Shown here in pieces: positions 20,251-30,900 of a stretch of 64,000 nt of DNA. Made by a program: the position numbers and the translations under genes. Source of the DNA: a bacterium CG_4_9_14_3_um_filter_65_15 (lineage in GTDB: Bacteria; Krumholzibacteriota; Krumholzibacteriia; LZORAL124-64-63); contig PFVX01000024.1 of assembly GCA_002790835.1 (NCBI GenBank), positions 7,167 through 71,166 on the forward strand, in the 5' to 3' direction. The first letter of the stretch is position 1, and each line of letters begins with the position of its first letter. Under the pieces are notes generated by a model. The model saw only the letters and a program-made list of their open reading frames with translations. It was not told where the DNA came from and did no database searches.

Positions 20251-21396
20251 ATGAGCAAGACCTACCTGTTCACCAGTGAATCCGTTACCGAGGGGCACCC
20301 CGACAAGGTCGCCGATCAGATAAGCGATGCCGTCGTCGACGCGATTCTGGCCGAGGACGCCCAGGGCCGCGTGGCCTGCGAGACCCTCGTGACTACCGGG
20401 CTGGTTTTCCTCGCCGGCGAGATCACGACCGACATCTATGTGGATCTGCCCAAGATCGTGCGCGGCACCGTGCGTGAAATCGGGTACGTTTCCTCGACCA
20501 TGGGTTTCGACGCCGATTCCTGTGCCGTCAACGTCTCCCTGGACAAGCAATCCGAAGACATCGCCCAGGGCGTTGACAGCGGCGGGGCCGGTGACCAGGG
20601 CCTGATGTTCGGTTACGCCTGCGGTGAGACCGACGTCCTGATGCCCCTGCCCATCACCCTGGCCCATCGCATGGCCCGGCAGTTGGCCGCGGTGCGCAAG
20701 GACGGCACCCTGCCCTGGGCTCTGCCCGACGGGAAGACCCAGGTCAGCGTCCGCTATGAGGACGACAAACCCGTTGCCGTGGACACGGTGGTGATTTCGA
20801 CCATGCACCGGGATTCGGTGAGCAACGACGATATCCGTGCGGGGATCCGCGCCCACGTCATCGAGCCGGTCCTGGACAGGTTCGCGGTGGCCCACGACGG
20901 CCTGAAGGTCCACATCAATCCCACCGGACGTTTCGTGACGGGGGGCCCCCAGGGGGACTGTGGCCTGACGGGGCGGAAAATCATCGTCGACACCTACGGC
21001 GGCAGCGCCTGTCACGGCGGGGGGGCCTTCAGCGGCAAGGACAGCACCAAGGTGGATCGCTCCGCGGCTTACGCCGCGCGGCATCTGGCCAAGAACATCG
21101 TGGCGGCCGAATTGGCCGGTCGGTGCCAGGTCCAGTTGGCCTACGCCATCGGCGTTCCCGAGCCGGTTTCCATTGCCGTGGACACCTACGGCACCGGCCG
21201 CGTTCCCGACGAGCGGATCACGGCTGCCATCACTCAGGTGGTGGATCTCACCCCGGGTGGAATCATCGCTCGGCTCGACCTGCGCAAGCCGATATTCCGT
21301 CAAACCGCCGCCTACGGGCACTTCGGGCGGGATGATGTGGAGTTCACCTGGGAAAAGCTGGATCTTAGGGATGCCCTGCAGAACGCCGCCGGCTGA
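20251..21396 (+). CDS. metK: S-adenosylmethionine synthetase
   Basis: [30 protein letters not shown]...GGGAFSGKD are MetK signature motifs. Confidence 0.95.
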   Translation: MSKTYLFTSESVTEGHPDKVADQISDAVVDAILAEDAQGRVACETLVTTGLVFLAGEITTDIYVDLPKIVRGTVREIGYVSSTMGFDADSCAVNVSLDKQSEDIAQGVDSGGAGDQGLMFGYACGETDVLMPLPITLAHRMARQLAAVRKDGTLPWALPDGKTQVSVRYEDDKPVAVDTVVISTMHRDSVSNDDIRAGIRAHVIEPVLDRFAVAHDGLKVHINPTGRFVTGGPQGDCGLTGRKIIVDTYGGSACHGGGAFSGKDSTKVDRSAAYAARHLAKNIVAAELAGRCQVQLAYAIGVPEPVSIAVDTYGTGRVPDERITAAITQVVDLTPGGIIARLDLRKPIFRQTAAYGHFGRDDVEFTWEKLDLRDALQNAAG

Positions 21397-21424
21397 GATC
21401 GTTGCCGATGTGGGCAAAGATACG

Positions 21425-21453
21425 AAACGGGCGGCCGCTGAGGCCGCCCGTTT
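21425..21453. terminator. Bidirectional rho-independent terminator between convergent metK and the PKD-lipoprotein gene
   Basis: aaACGGGCGGCCgctgaGGCCGCCCGTtt is a perfect 10-bp GC-rich stem flanked by A/T runs on both sides. Confidence 0.7.
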
Positions 21454-21477
21454 CGATTGTGCCCGGAGGTCTGGAGC

Positions 21478-22137
21478 TCAGGGAGCGTCGGTCACCGAAA
21501 TATGCAGCGTGTCGCGGCGCACGACCGCCCAGAACGGATAGTTGACGGCCAGGGTCACGTCGTATTCCCCGCTCTCGGTGAACCGGAACCGGGGAGCACG
21601 GCCCGTGAATACAGTTCCGGCCGCATCGTTCATGCGCCATTTGAAGAAGATCTTGGCGTAGTTCCCGGCGTTGTCCGGGTCGATGTCGCAGGATTCGGCG
21701 CGCAGGTCGAACTGGACCGTATCGGCAGTCGTCACGCTCCCGGCCGGGAAGTTGCTGCTGGCTTCGACCAACAGGCTGTCGGCAAGAACCCGGACCGGCA
21801 TGCTGGAACTGGCGGAGTTGCCGTCGGGGTCGGTGGCGGTCACGACCACGTTGAAATCACCGGCATCGGCGTAGGTATTGAAGGCGCGGGAAGTGGTGCC
21901 GATATGGCCGTCCCCGAAATTCCAGGAAATTTCCAGGTTGTTGGTGCCGCCGGTTGCGTTTCCGGTCTCGTTGCCGCCTGAAACCGCAACGTACCCCTCG
22001 ATCTGCAGGGGCATGACCCCGCAGAGGGGGGTGAGCGTCAGCCGGGTGATGGCGGGCTTCGTGTCTTGTTTGCATCCGGAAACAAAGAAAAGGACCAGCA
22101 GGGCTGCCGGTATCAAGAGCAGGCAGAAGCGTTTCAT
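21478..22137 (-). CDS. PKD-domain lipoprotein (secreted, function unknown)
   Basis: MKRFCLLLIPAALLVLFFVSGC is a signal peptide with a lipobox Cys. NFGDG...VVVTATDPDGNS is PKD-domain-like. The track ORF extends to 22290, but the ATG at 22137 with a signal peptide is the likely start. It is the last gene of the lptF-lptG transcription unit. Confidence 0.65.
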   Translation of the reverse strand: MKRFCLLLIPAALLVLFFVSGCKQDTKPAITRLTLTPLCGVMPLQIEGYVAVSGGNETGNATGGTNNLEISWNFGDGHIGTTSRAFNTYADAGDFNVVVTATDPDGNSASSSMPVRVLADSLLVEASSNFPAGSVTTADTVQFDLRAESCDIDPDNAGNYAKIFFKWRMNDAAGTVFTGRAPRFRFTESGEYDVTLAVNYPFWAVVRRDTLHISVTDAP

Positions 22138-22286
22138 GAGTTCGGTATTCTCCCTGTGGGGTGGCGGGAACCCGGAGCCCACCCGGGCACTGCCCGGAAT
22201 GACTCCACCGGCCTGGTCGCATAAGTTTACGTAGCTAGGATAGCCTGCACAAGTCGTCTCGTCAAATCCGGTTAGCAAGGGGTGAA

Positions 22287-23360
22287 TCATCGTCGGGCAC
22301 GACCGAACAGCACCAGGAACAGCCCGAGAAAGAAGACATTCCCGGACCAGGCCGCCAGCAGGGGGGGCACGGCTCCGGTGTGACCCAGACTCTTGCCGAA
22401 ATTCATGAACATGTAGTAGCCGAAACTCACCAGCAGGGTCAGGCCGAACCCCGAGGCGACGGTGGTCTTGCGGGGGCTCGAGGCCAGGATGATCCCCATC
22501 AGTGTCACGATGATGTTCACGAAGGGAAAGGCCAGGTTGAATTGCACGTCAACGATGCTTTTTCGCGGATCGCCGCCCGTTTGGCGGACCAGCCGAATAT
22601 GATCCTGCAACTGCCGGATGGTCATGTCCTCCTGGGGGATCCGGTCGCGGTAGAACCCCTTGGGGTCGATGGTCAGGTCCGAGGCGATCATCTTGTCGAG
22701 ATGGTCGATGGTCTCCTTGTCCTCGCTGAATCGCCGCCGGGTCACTCCCGACAGGCTCCAGGTGGCGCCGGTCCACGTGGCCCGATCGGCGGCGATGATT
22801 TCGGTGACGCGTGACCCCTGCCGGGTCACGATGCGCATCCCCTGCAGGATGCCCGTGTTGGGGTCGAATTTGTGCGCGTAGTACATCCGGCCGTCGGGTC
22901 CGCGCAGGGCGATGTCCCGGGTGGGATTGATGGTGTCGGCCTGTTTGTGGATCTCCACTTCCCAGACCTTGCGTTCCAGGATGTTCGCCCGGGGCAGGAC
23001 GTATTCGTGCCAGCTGAGGGAAAACCCGGTCAGCAGGATCGCCCCGATCAGCAGGGGACGGGCGACCTGCATCAGCGAGCATCCCGCCGCCATCAGGGCG
23101 GTCAGTTCCAGGTAGCGGGCCATGGAGCCGATGGTGAACAGGACCGACATCAAAACGGCGATGGGCATGACCGTGTCGACGATCCAGGCGCCCTTGTACA
23201 GGTAATAGCGCAGGACCATGGAGGCGGTGGCGGAGTTGTCCACGAAGCTGCCCATGTGATCCAGCAGGTCCATGATGGTGAACAGGAGCAGGGCACCCAG
23301 CAGCGTGTAGAGCAGGTTGCGCAGGAAGGAGCTCAAAAGATAACGGTGAATGATCGTCAT
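22287..23360 (-). CDS. lptG: LPS export ABC transporter permease (LptF/LptG, YjgP/YjgQ family)
   Basis: 357 aa; the N-terminal MTIIHRYLLSSFLRNLL is the classic LptF/G start. Topology is six TMs with a periplasmic beta-jellyroll insert. The F versus G assignment is by gene order only. Confidence 0.75.
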   Translation of the reverse strand: MTIIHRYLLSSFLRNLLYTLLGALLLFTIMDLLDHMGSFVDNSATASMVLRYYLYKGAWIVDTVMPIAVLMSVLFTIGSMARYLELTALMAAGCSLMQVARPLLIGAILLTGFSLSWHEYVLPRANILERKVWEVEIHKQADTINPTRDIALRGPDGRMYYAHKFDPNTGILQGMRIVTRQGSRVTEIIAADRATWTGATWSLSGVTRRRFSEDKETIDHLDKMIASDLTIDPKGFYRDRIPQEDMTIRQLQDHIRLVRQTGGDPRKSIVDVQFNLAFPFVNIIVTLMGIILASSPRKTTVASGFGLTLLVSFGYYMFMNFGKSLGHTGAVPPLLAAWSGNVFFLGLFLVLFGRARR

Positions 23361-24773
23361 GCGGTGGAGCCTCGGTCCGACACGGTGGCAGAGGGCTTCA
23401 CCCGGGGTTTGTGCGTGACGCTCAGGATGCTGGATTCCTTGACGGTGCGCATGAAGACCGGGATGCCCACGGCCAGCAGGAAGAAGTTGGCGCTCCACAT
23501 GGCCAGGAACGGGTCCAGACGGCCCCGATCCGCCATCTTTTCACCTCCGACCAGGAAAAGATAATATACCAGGAAAACCCCGATGGCCAAAGAGACGCTC
23601 ACTCCCCGGCCGCTGCGGCTGGAGGAAACGGCCATGGGCACGCCCAGGAGGGTGAACACCATGCAGGCAAAGGGAATGGCGAACTTCTTGTGGAATTCCA
23701 CCAGGTAGCGGTTCGCCTTGACGACGTACGAATCCAGCACGCGCTCCTGGAAACTGCATTGCTCGGCCGTGCGCTGGACCTTGGTCCTGGTTTCCCGGAA
23801 GCGTTCGGCCATGGCCAATTCGCGGCGGTCCGGCTCGAGTGAGATCCTGCCGCCCAGGACCAGGTCACGTTTTTTTGGCTGGAGCAGGTTCCACTCCCAG
23901 TTGAGGAAGCTGCCGGTGAACTCGGAGATCCGGCTGTGGATGTCCGCCTGACGAACTCTTTCCTTGTCGGCCGCCTGCAAGAGCTCCCCGAGGTCCATCT
24001 CCCGGTCGCCCTTGGCCTTGCGGTCGGTTTTCTGCATGTCCTGTTCGGCGTTGCCGATCGTCCGTGTCAGCTGGGAGAACCTGATGACCTGGTACTTGGC
24101 GGGATCCTCGGCGTCCTGTTGCTCGTGGGTTTCCCCGTTGTGGAGGTTGAGGATCAGGGCGTTGTCCTCATGGTCGTTGATGACGGTGCCCCATTCGGCG
24201 AAGGTCATGCGGGGGGAAATGTCCCCGGGATCTTCCTTCTCGATGATGGTGACGTCCTCGATCCGCCCGGTCTTGTCGTCCTTGGTCGCGACGAAGATGG
24301 TCAACTTGTCGTTGAGATCGTTGAATTGCTGGGGCTGGATTTCCAGCATGGGTCGTTTCTGGCTGATATCGCGCAGGAGGTTGGCCAGGGTGTGGTTCAT
24401 GTCCGGGAAAACGAAGTGGTTATAGGCCGTCATGGCCACCGTGATCACCGCGGCGGTGGCCAGCAGGGGGCGCAATACCGACCACAAGCTGATACCGCTG
24501 GCCTTCATGGCTGTAATTTCGTTGTCGGCAGCAAGTTGACCGACCCCCATCAAGACCCCGACGAGCACCGACATTGGTATGGATAATGCAAACGTGTGGG
24601 GAAGGCTCAGCAGCAGCACCTCTGTGGCGATGGGAAATGCTACCCCTTTGGTGACAAAGAGATCGACATAGTTGAACAGGGTATCTATCATCAGCAAGAA
24701 TGTGATGACCGAGAGCCCGAAGAAGAAGGGGCCGCGGCAGGTGAGGATCAAGTGCTTGTTTAGCAAGCGCATA
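23357..24773 (-). CDS. lptF: LPS export ABC transporter permease (LptF/LptG, YjgP/YjgQ family) with an enlarged periplasmic domain
   Basis: 472 aa; MRLLNKHLILTCRGPFFFGLSVITFLLM is the LptF/G N-terminus, and the C-terminal TMs are present. It overlaps the downstream paralogue by 4 bp. Confidence 0.75.
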
Positions 24774-24989
24774 TGAGCTTCGAGACCTTCCCCGGATCCG
24801 CCACTCCATCCATCTGGACGGTCCCCGGTATTCCTGCTGTGTTGACCCGGAGCCCTGCCCGCGTGCCGCGCCGGTGCTCCCATCCGGTTCACGTTACCGT
24901 GGCCGGTCTTCCCCGAGGGGGCGGCCGGGATGGGAAACCCTGATCGCACCCGGAGTCAGAATGACCATTTCCGGGGACGAATTCAAGTT

Positions 24990-27900
24990 ATGATCCGGCC
25001 CCATTCCCCCACCGGCCGCGGGCCAGGGAGTGTCCAGGTGAATCCGCGCCCGCCCAGCAGAGCTCCGCGGCAGTCGACAGGCCCAAGGTGGTACCTGGGC
25101 CTTTTGCTGTTGCTGGGAGTGTTGTGGGGGACTGCGGACAGGGCCCTGGCCGATCCAAACTACGAGGGGCCGCTTCTCTACGGTCTCGATCCGGTGATCC
25201 GGTCCACCGACAACCCGCGGTTGCTGGGAGTCGACCGTCTGTTGCTCCTGCGCAGGATGAAGTCCCTCGGTATCGACCCCCAGCGAACCGGGATTACCCG
25301 ACCCACCCTGGAAAGTTCCCTGCGCCGCGTGTGGGACGACCGTTCCCGGGTCGACCTCCAGCGTCGGGAAACCGTGCTGGAATACAACGGCCTCTTCGGG
25401 CTGATGTTCGAGTTCCGCTATCCGACCTTCATGTTCTTCTACCAGGAGGCGGTGGCCCTTCCCGGCGGTCTCACCTACTATCCGCCGCGCCCCGTGCGGG
25501 ATCCCGCGGTTCAGGTCTTCGTTGACGATCTCCACCAGGGCATGATGCGGCGCCAGACGGTGGATCGTCGGCTGACCCGGATGGATGACCTGGCCGTGGC
25601 GGGCAAGGGACGTCAGAACGGACAGAACGACGGCCTGATCAACCTGACCATCCCCATCAAGCTGCCCCACACCCTGGAAAAGATCATCGGCCGGGGGGAG
25701 AAGACCCGCATCAAGATCAGCGGTCGCGAACACTTCGCCCTCAACGGCGAGAGCACGGTGATCAAACCCTTCGTGGGCAACGAACGCATGTCCAACCAGT
25801 CGCTGTTCCCCTCGCTGGACATGAAGCAGGAACTGCAGATCAACCTGTCGGGAACCATCGGCGAGAAGATCATCATCGAGGTCGACCACAACAGCGAGGC
25901 CATCGGGCCCGAGGCCACCAAGATCAAACTGATGTACCAGGGGCTCGAGGACGAGGTCATCAAGACCATCGAGACCGGCGACGTGGGGCTGACCCTGCCG
26001 GGGAGCCAGTTGCTGGGTTACAGCTCCAACAAGTCGGGCCTGTTCGGCTTCAAGGTCACCGGTCAGGTGGGCCGGACCGACTTCACCTTCGTGACCTCCA
26101 AGCAGAAGTCCCAGTCCTCGTCCAAGACCTTCAACGCCAAGGGAGGCCAGGAGGAAGACCGGATCATCAACGCCTCCGACTACCTTAACAACCGCTTCTT
26201 CAAGCTGGATCTGCCGGATAGCGAACCCCAGGGTCGCCGGCAGGGGGAGACCATCGTTTACGGATCCGTGAAGATCTTCAAGTGGCTGGGAACCGGGATT
26301 CGCGGCGAGGGAGAAGTCGCCGTGGCGGCTTATTTCGACAGCTTGGGTGTTCATGCCTGGGACAGCATCGATTTCGGCCATCCGGAGCCCATCACCGAGG
26401 TCGGACCACGCTGGCAGGAAATCACGGATTTTGAAGCCTTGCTGGATGCTGCGGGAAGCCTGATCGCCATCGACATGGGCCGAAGCTATCTGGATGAAGA
26501 CGTGCTGGCGGTGATCTATGACGTTGTCGACGGGAATGGCGTCATCACCTCGGTGGGCGACAAACCCGGTGTGGATGAACCGGTTCAGGAGTTGCCCAAT
26601 GATGAGGGAACATTCTATCGGATGAAATTGCTCAAGGTCCCCCACAACAAGAGCAATTCCCGGCTGTTCAATTACGTCCTGCGGAACATCTACCCCCTGG
26701 GCGGGTCGAATATCGACGCCTCGACCTTCGATCTGCGCATCGAATACGAAAAACCCGGTTTGGACCAACCCCAGCAGGATGTGAACGGGCTGGATTTCTT
26801 CCGCATCTTCGGCCTGGACCAGGAAAACGCCCAGGGAGAGCCGGGGCACGACAACGTCGTGGACTTTCACGACCCGTACCTGTTCGACCTGGAACGGGGA
26901 CTGCTCAAGTTCCCCCTGGATTTCCCCACCCCCTTCGCCGCGGACAGCACCCAGTACGAGGCCTATGCCGACGACTCGGAGAAATTCAAATGGGAAACCA
27001 GCACCCTCAAGGATAACCTGGCGCCCGAATTCTACAACTACGACAAGACCATCCCACCCTCCCGCTTTGGGGAATACAGCCGCTTCCACTTCGTGGTCCA
27101 CCACGCTTCGGCCAGCAGCAACATCAGCCTGGGCACCTCCAGCATCGAGGAAGGCAGCGAGAGCGTGGTCGTCAACGGGCGCACCCTGACCCGCGGCACC
27201 GACTATTCCATCGACTACACCTTCGGCGAGATCCAGCTCCTGGGCGACGCGGCCAACCTGACTCCGGACAGCCAGATCTCGGTGAACTACCAGTACGCGC
27301 CCTTCATCGGCGGGGGCAAGACCAGTCTCACCGGCCTCAACCTGGGCTACGACCTGGGACGCAACGCCAAGATGTCCACAACCTGGCTCTACCAGAGCGA
27401 GGCGATCGTGGGGGAGAAGGCCAAGCTGGGCGAGGAGCCCAGCCATACCCTGGTGGGGAACGTCAACCTCAACACCACCCTCAAACCCTATCTGCTGACC
27501 CACGTGGCCAATTTCCTGAGTCGGCACGATTCCGACCGCGAGAGTTCCATCCAGCTCTCCGGTGAAATGGCCGTCAGCCTGCCCAACCCCAACACCAAGG
27601 GCCAGGCCTATCTGGAGGACTTCGAGGGCGTCGATTCCTCCAACTACGTCTCCCTGACGCGGGCGTCCTGGTCCTGGGCCAGCGTGCCCTTCCTGGGCGA
27701 AGCCTACCAGGACACCTCCCTGGATTTCCGCACTTTCGCGCCGGAGAAACGGGTCACCACCCGCTGGTTCCTGCCCCGGGACCGGGTGCTGCGCCGCTAC
27801 CTGAATCCCAACCTGATCAAGGAGGAGCGGGACGACACCCAGCAGGTCATGGACCTCTATCTGCGGGCCGACGAGGGTTGGGAAGGCGATAACTGGGGCG

Positions 27901-30900
27901 GGATCATGCGGGGCATCAGCCGCACGGGTCTGGACCTTTCCAAATCCCAGTTCGTGGAGATCTGGGTCAACGACGGGATCCCCGAAAAGGAATTCCGTTC
28001 CGGTCGCCTGCACATCGACTTCGGGTACATCAACGAGGACGGCTTCTGGACCCGGGATCTCGACAGCAGCCTGGTCATCGGCAATTTTGATCAGGAGGAT
28101 GGCATCACTTATAAACCGGGCCCTCCCCCCACGGGCACTCCCCCCGACGGCATATTTTCCGCGGGTGACGAGGATATCGGCCTGGACGGCCAAGGGGAGA
28201 ACGGGCCCCAGGGCTACAGCGCGGAATATGAGATCGGCGGCGATTCGCCTTTCCCTCGTATCAACGGCACCGCCCGCAACAGCCGCGAGGACACCGAGGA
28301 TCTGAACCGCAACGCGCGGATGGATCGCAACGACGGGTATTTCACCACCGTTATCGACCTCCAGGATACCCCGGCTCTGATCGACGTGGATTACGACTTC
28401 GATTCCGCTGACGTGGCTGAACTCAAGGACCAGAACATCGCCTGGCGCAAGTACCGCATTCCCCTCGGAGCGGTGGACAAGGTGTCTGTCGGGTCCACCG
28501 CGGACATCCGATCCATCACCCACGCCCGGATCTGGTACGAGAACGATACGCAGGAAGCTCCCGATGCCGTGCGCCTCCAGCTGTCGGACTTCAAATTCCT
28601 GGGCAGCCGCTGGGAACGCGAAGGCGTGCGCCGGATCAGCGACGAGGCGCTGCTGGACGACATCGAGCGCCGGGGCGCCCAGTTCTTCCTGGGAGAGGTC
28701 AACAACAAGGAGAATCCCGACTACGTCCCGCCCTTCGCCGTGCACGAGATCAACAGCATCCCGGAAAAGGAACAGGCCCTGGTGCTGGATTTCGACGACC
28801 TGCAGCGGGGACAGATGATCCGGACCAGCAAGGTGGTCTCCCCCCGGGGAGACGACTACACCTTCTACAAGGATCTGTCCTGGTACTTCTCCAACCCCTC
28901 CCAGCAGAATGTTGACCTGGATCTTTTCTTCCGCGTGGGGTCGGACTCGCTGAATTTCTACGAGGTCAACTACCGCTTCGCCCAATCGACCTTCAAGGTG
29001 GGCTGGCAGCAGTTCACGGTGAACCTGGCCGAACTTTCCAACATCAAGAACGGCGAGATCGACATCGAGGGCGTGGCCCACGGAGAGGTCCCCGATGTCA
29101 ACACCGGCGAACTCTATTCCGCCCGCGTCGTCGGCCGGCCGGACCTGCGCCACATCAGGCGCTACTACTTCGGAGTGATGAACCAGGTCCTCAGCGAGGG
29201 AGCGCAGGGCTATTTCTACTTCAACGATGTCCGATTGCTGGACGTGAAGAAGGAATCGGGCATGGCCCAGAGGGCCGGTGTGCGTCTGAACATGGCCGAC
29301 ATCATCAAGGTGGATTTCGACTGGAAGCACACGGACTCCGAATTCCACGGCCTGGATGAACGCGCCGGTTCGGGGGTGGATTTTCGGGACTGGAATGTGG
29401 CCACGAATTTCAAGGTCGATGATTTCGTGCCCTTGCTGGGGTTCCAGCTTCCGGTGAACCTGAGCCGTCGCCGCACCGTCAACCGCCCGAAGTACGAGGT
29501 GAACAGCGACATCGAGATTCTCGAGGCATCCACGGCCGATGCCATGTCCACCATCGATGCCCAGGAGCGGTTCTCCACCCGTCTGCGCCACCCGCCGAGC
29601 AAGGCCGTCCTCGCCCGCTACCTAGTGGACCCCTGGACCCTTCAGGTCAGCGGATCGCGCACGACCTACGACGGCCCTCTGGCCGAAAGGCGGGGGAAGA
29701 GCCTGCAGGGCTCACTCAACTACGACCTGCGGATCAGCGGGCGCCACAGCCTGGGCGACTACCCGGTGCTGGCCTCCGTGCCCTTGTTGCGGGGGCTGTC
29801 ACTGGTGCCCACCAAGGTGACCCTGGGGGCCAACTTCACCAACCGTTGGAACGCCACCACGACTCTCAACGAAGACGGCGTGGTGACCCAGCGTTCCCAG
29901 TCGCAGAGCCGGCCGGGGGTTCTCAGCGCCAACCTGGACTACAATCCCTCCCTGATCCTCGATCTCACCTTGGCGGCGAAATCGGACCGGGACCTCCTGC
30001 GCGAAAAGCGGGCCTTCGGAGTCAACGTCGGCGAGGAGAATCAACGCAGTTACGATATGCGCATGACCGTCAAGACTCCTCGCGCCAAGGATCTGCCCGA
30101 CGGCCCCCTGTTCATGCCCCTGCGGTCGGCGGCCCGCTTGGCCAACAAGCTGCGGCCCTCGGTCCAGTTCAACGGCAAATTCGTCGACCAGCACGGCCCC
30201 GGGGTGCGCCAGACCGCGGGTCAGACCAATGTGCGCAACATCAACAATTCGGGGAATTGGGACTTCCGATTCGATGTGCCTCTCGGCGACTGGGTCAAGA
30301 GCGTATTCCCGGAACACCGCGTAACGAGCCAGGAGAGGCAACGGTTGATCAACGAGCAGCGTCGCCTGGAAAAGCGTGCGCTCCGGCAGGGTGGGTCCCC
30401 TCCCGGTCAAGGCCAACCCGAACAGGATATCGACGAGTCCGGATTGACCCCCGAGGAACGTCAGCGCCGGGAAGAAGAGCGGCTCCTGGAAGGGGCGCAA
30501 CAGCGGCAAGAGGAGGAGGCTGACCAGGGCTTGGCCGAGCCGGAGGAAGCTCCGCCCCCGACGGAGGGCGAGCGCCTCAGCCCCATGATTCTCATCAACC
30601 CTTTCCTGGATCTGCTGCGGGGCACCGCGCCGGTGAAGATCTCCACTTCGCGGCAACAGAACAGCACCTACAGCCAGTTGCGGACCGGAGCCCCCTTCTG
30701 GTACCAGACGGGTATTGAAAATGTTCTGGATGCGGCCGACAGCCTGTATGCCTCCAGGAGCTACCAGGACCGCAAGACGCTCAATCTCTCGAGCAGTTCG
30801 AAAATCACGCGGAACATCGGCTTGGACACCAAGTACACCGTCACCAGGTCGGTGCGGGATCAGGTCGGCAGCACGACCCGGAACAAGCAGGTCGATTGGC

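Noticed and set aside
21478-22137. The PKD lipoprotein as an LptE homologue.
   Set aside because: Although it is a lipoprotein in an lpt operon, its recognisable domain is PKD-like (NFGDG…TATDPDG), not the LptE fold; at most it is an accessory protein.
22287-23498. Longer 403-aa version of lptG starting at 23498, and 530-aa version of lptF starting at 24949.
   Set aside because: The extra N-terminal residues are Arg/Gly/His-rich with no RBS, whereas the internal starts give the canonical LptF/G N-termini (MTIIHRYLL… and MRLLNKHLIL…).
24894-29591. 1,565-aa ORF on the minus strand (plus many other long ORFs such as 16-1602 +, 35-1120 -, 5294-6790 -, 7278-8960 -, 8491-10110 -, 11691-12890 -, 13157-14971 -, 40818-41867 -, 58705-60003 -).
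   Set aside because: All lie antisense to, or out of frame within, well-supported genes (sprA, nfnA, pyrG, kdsC/kdsD, lpxL-like, rpoN, hprK, sigma factor, groEL). Their translations are Arg/Gly/Pro/Ala-rich low-complexity strings typical of shadow ORFs in 65% GC DNA, and none has an RBS or a recognisable motif.
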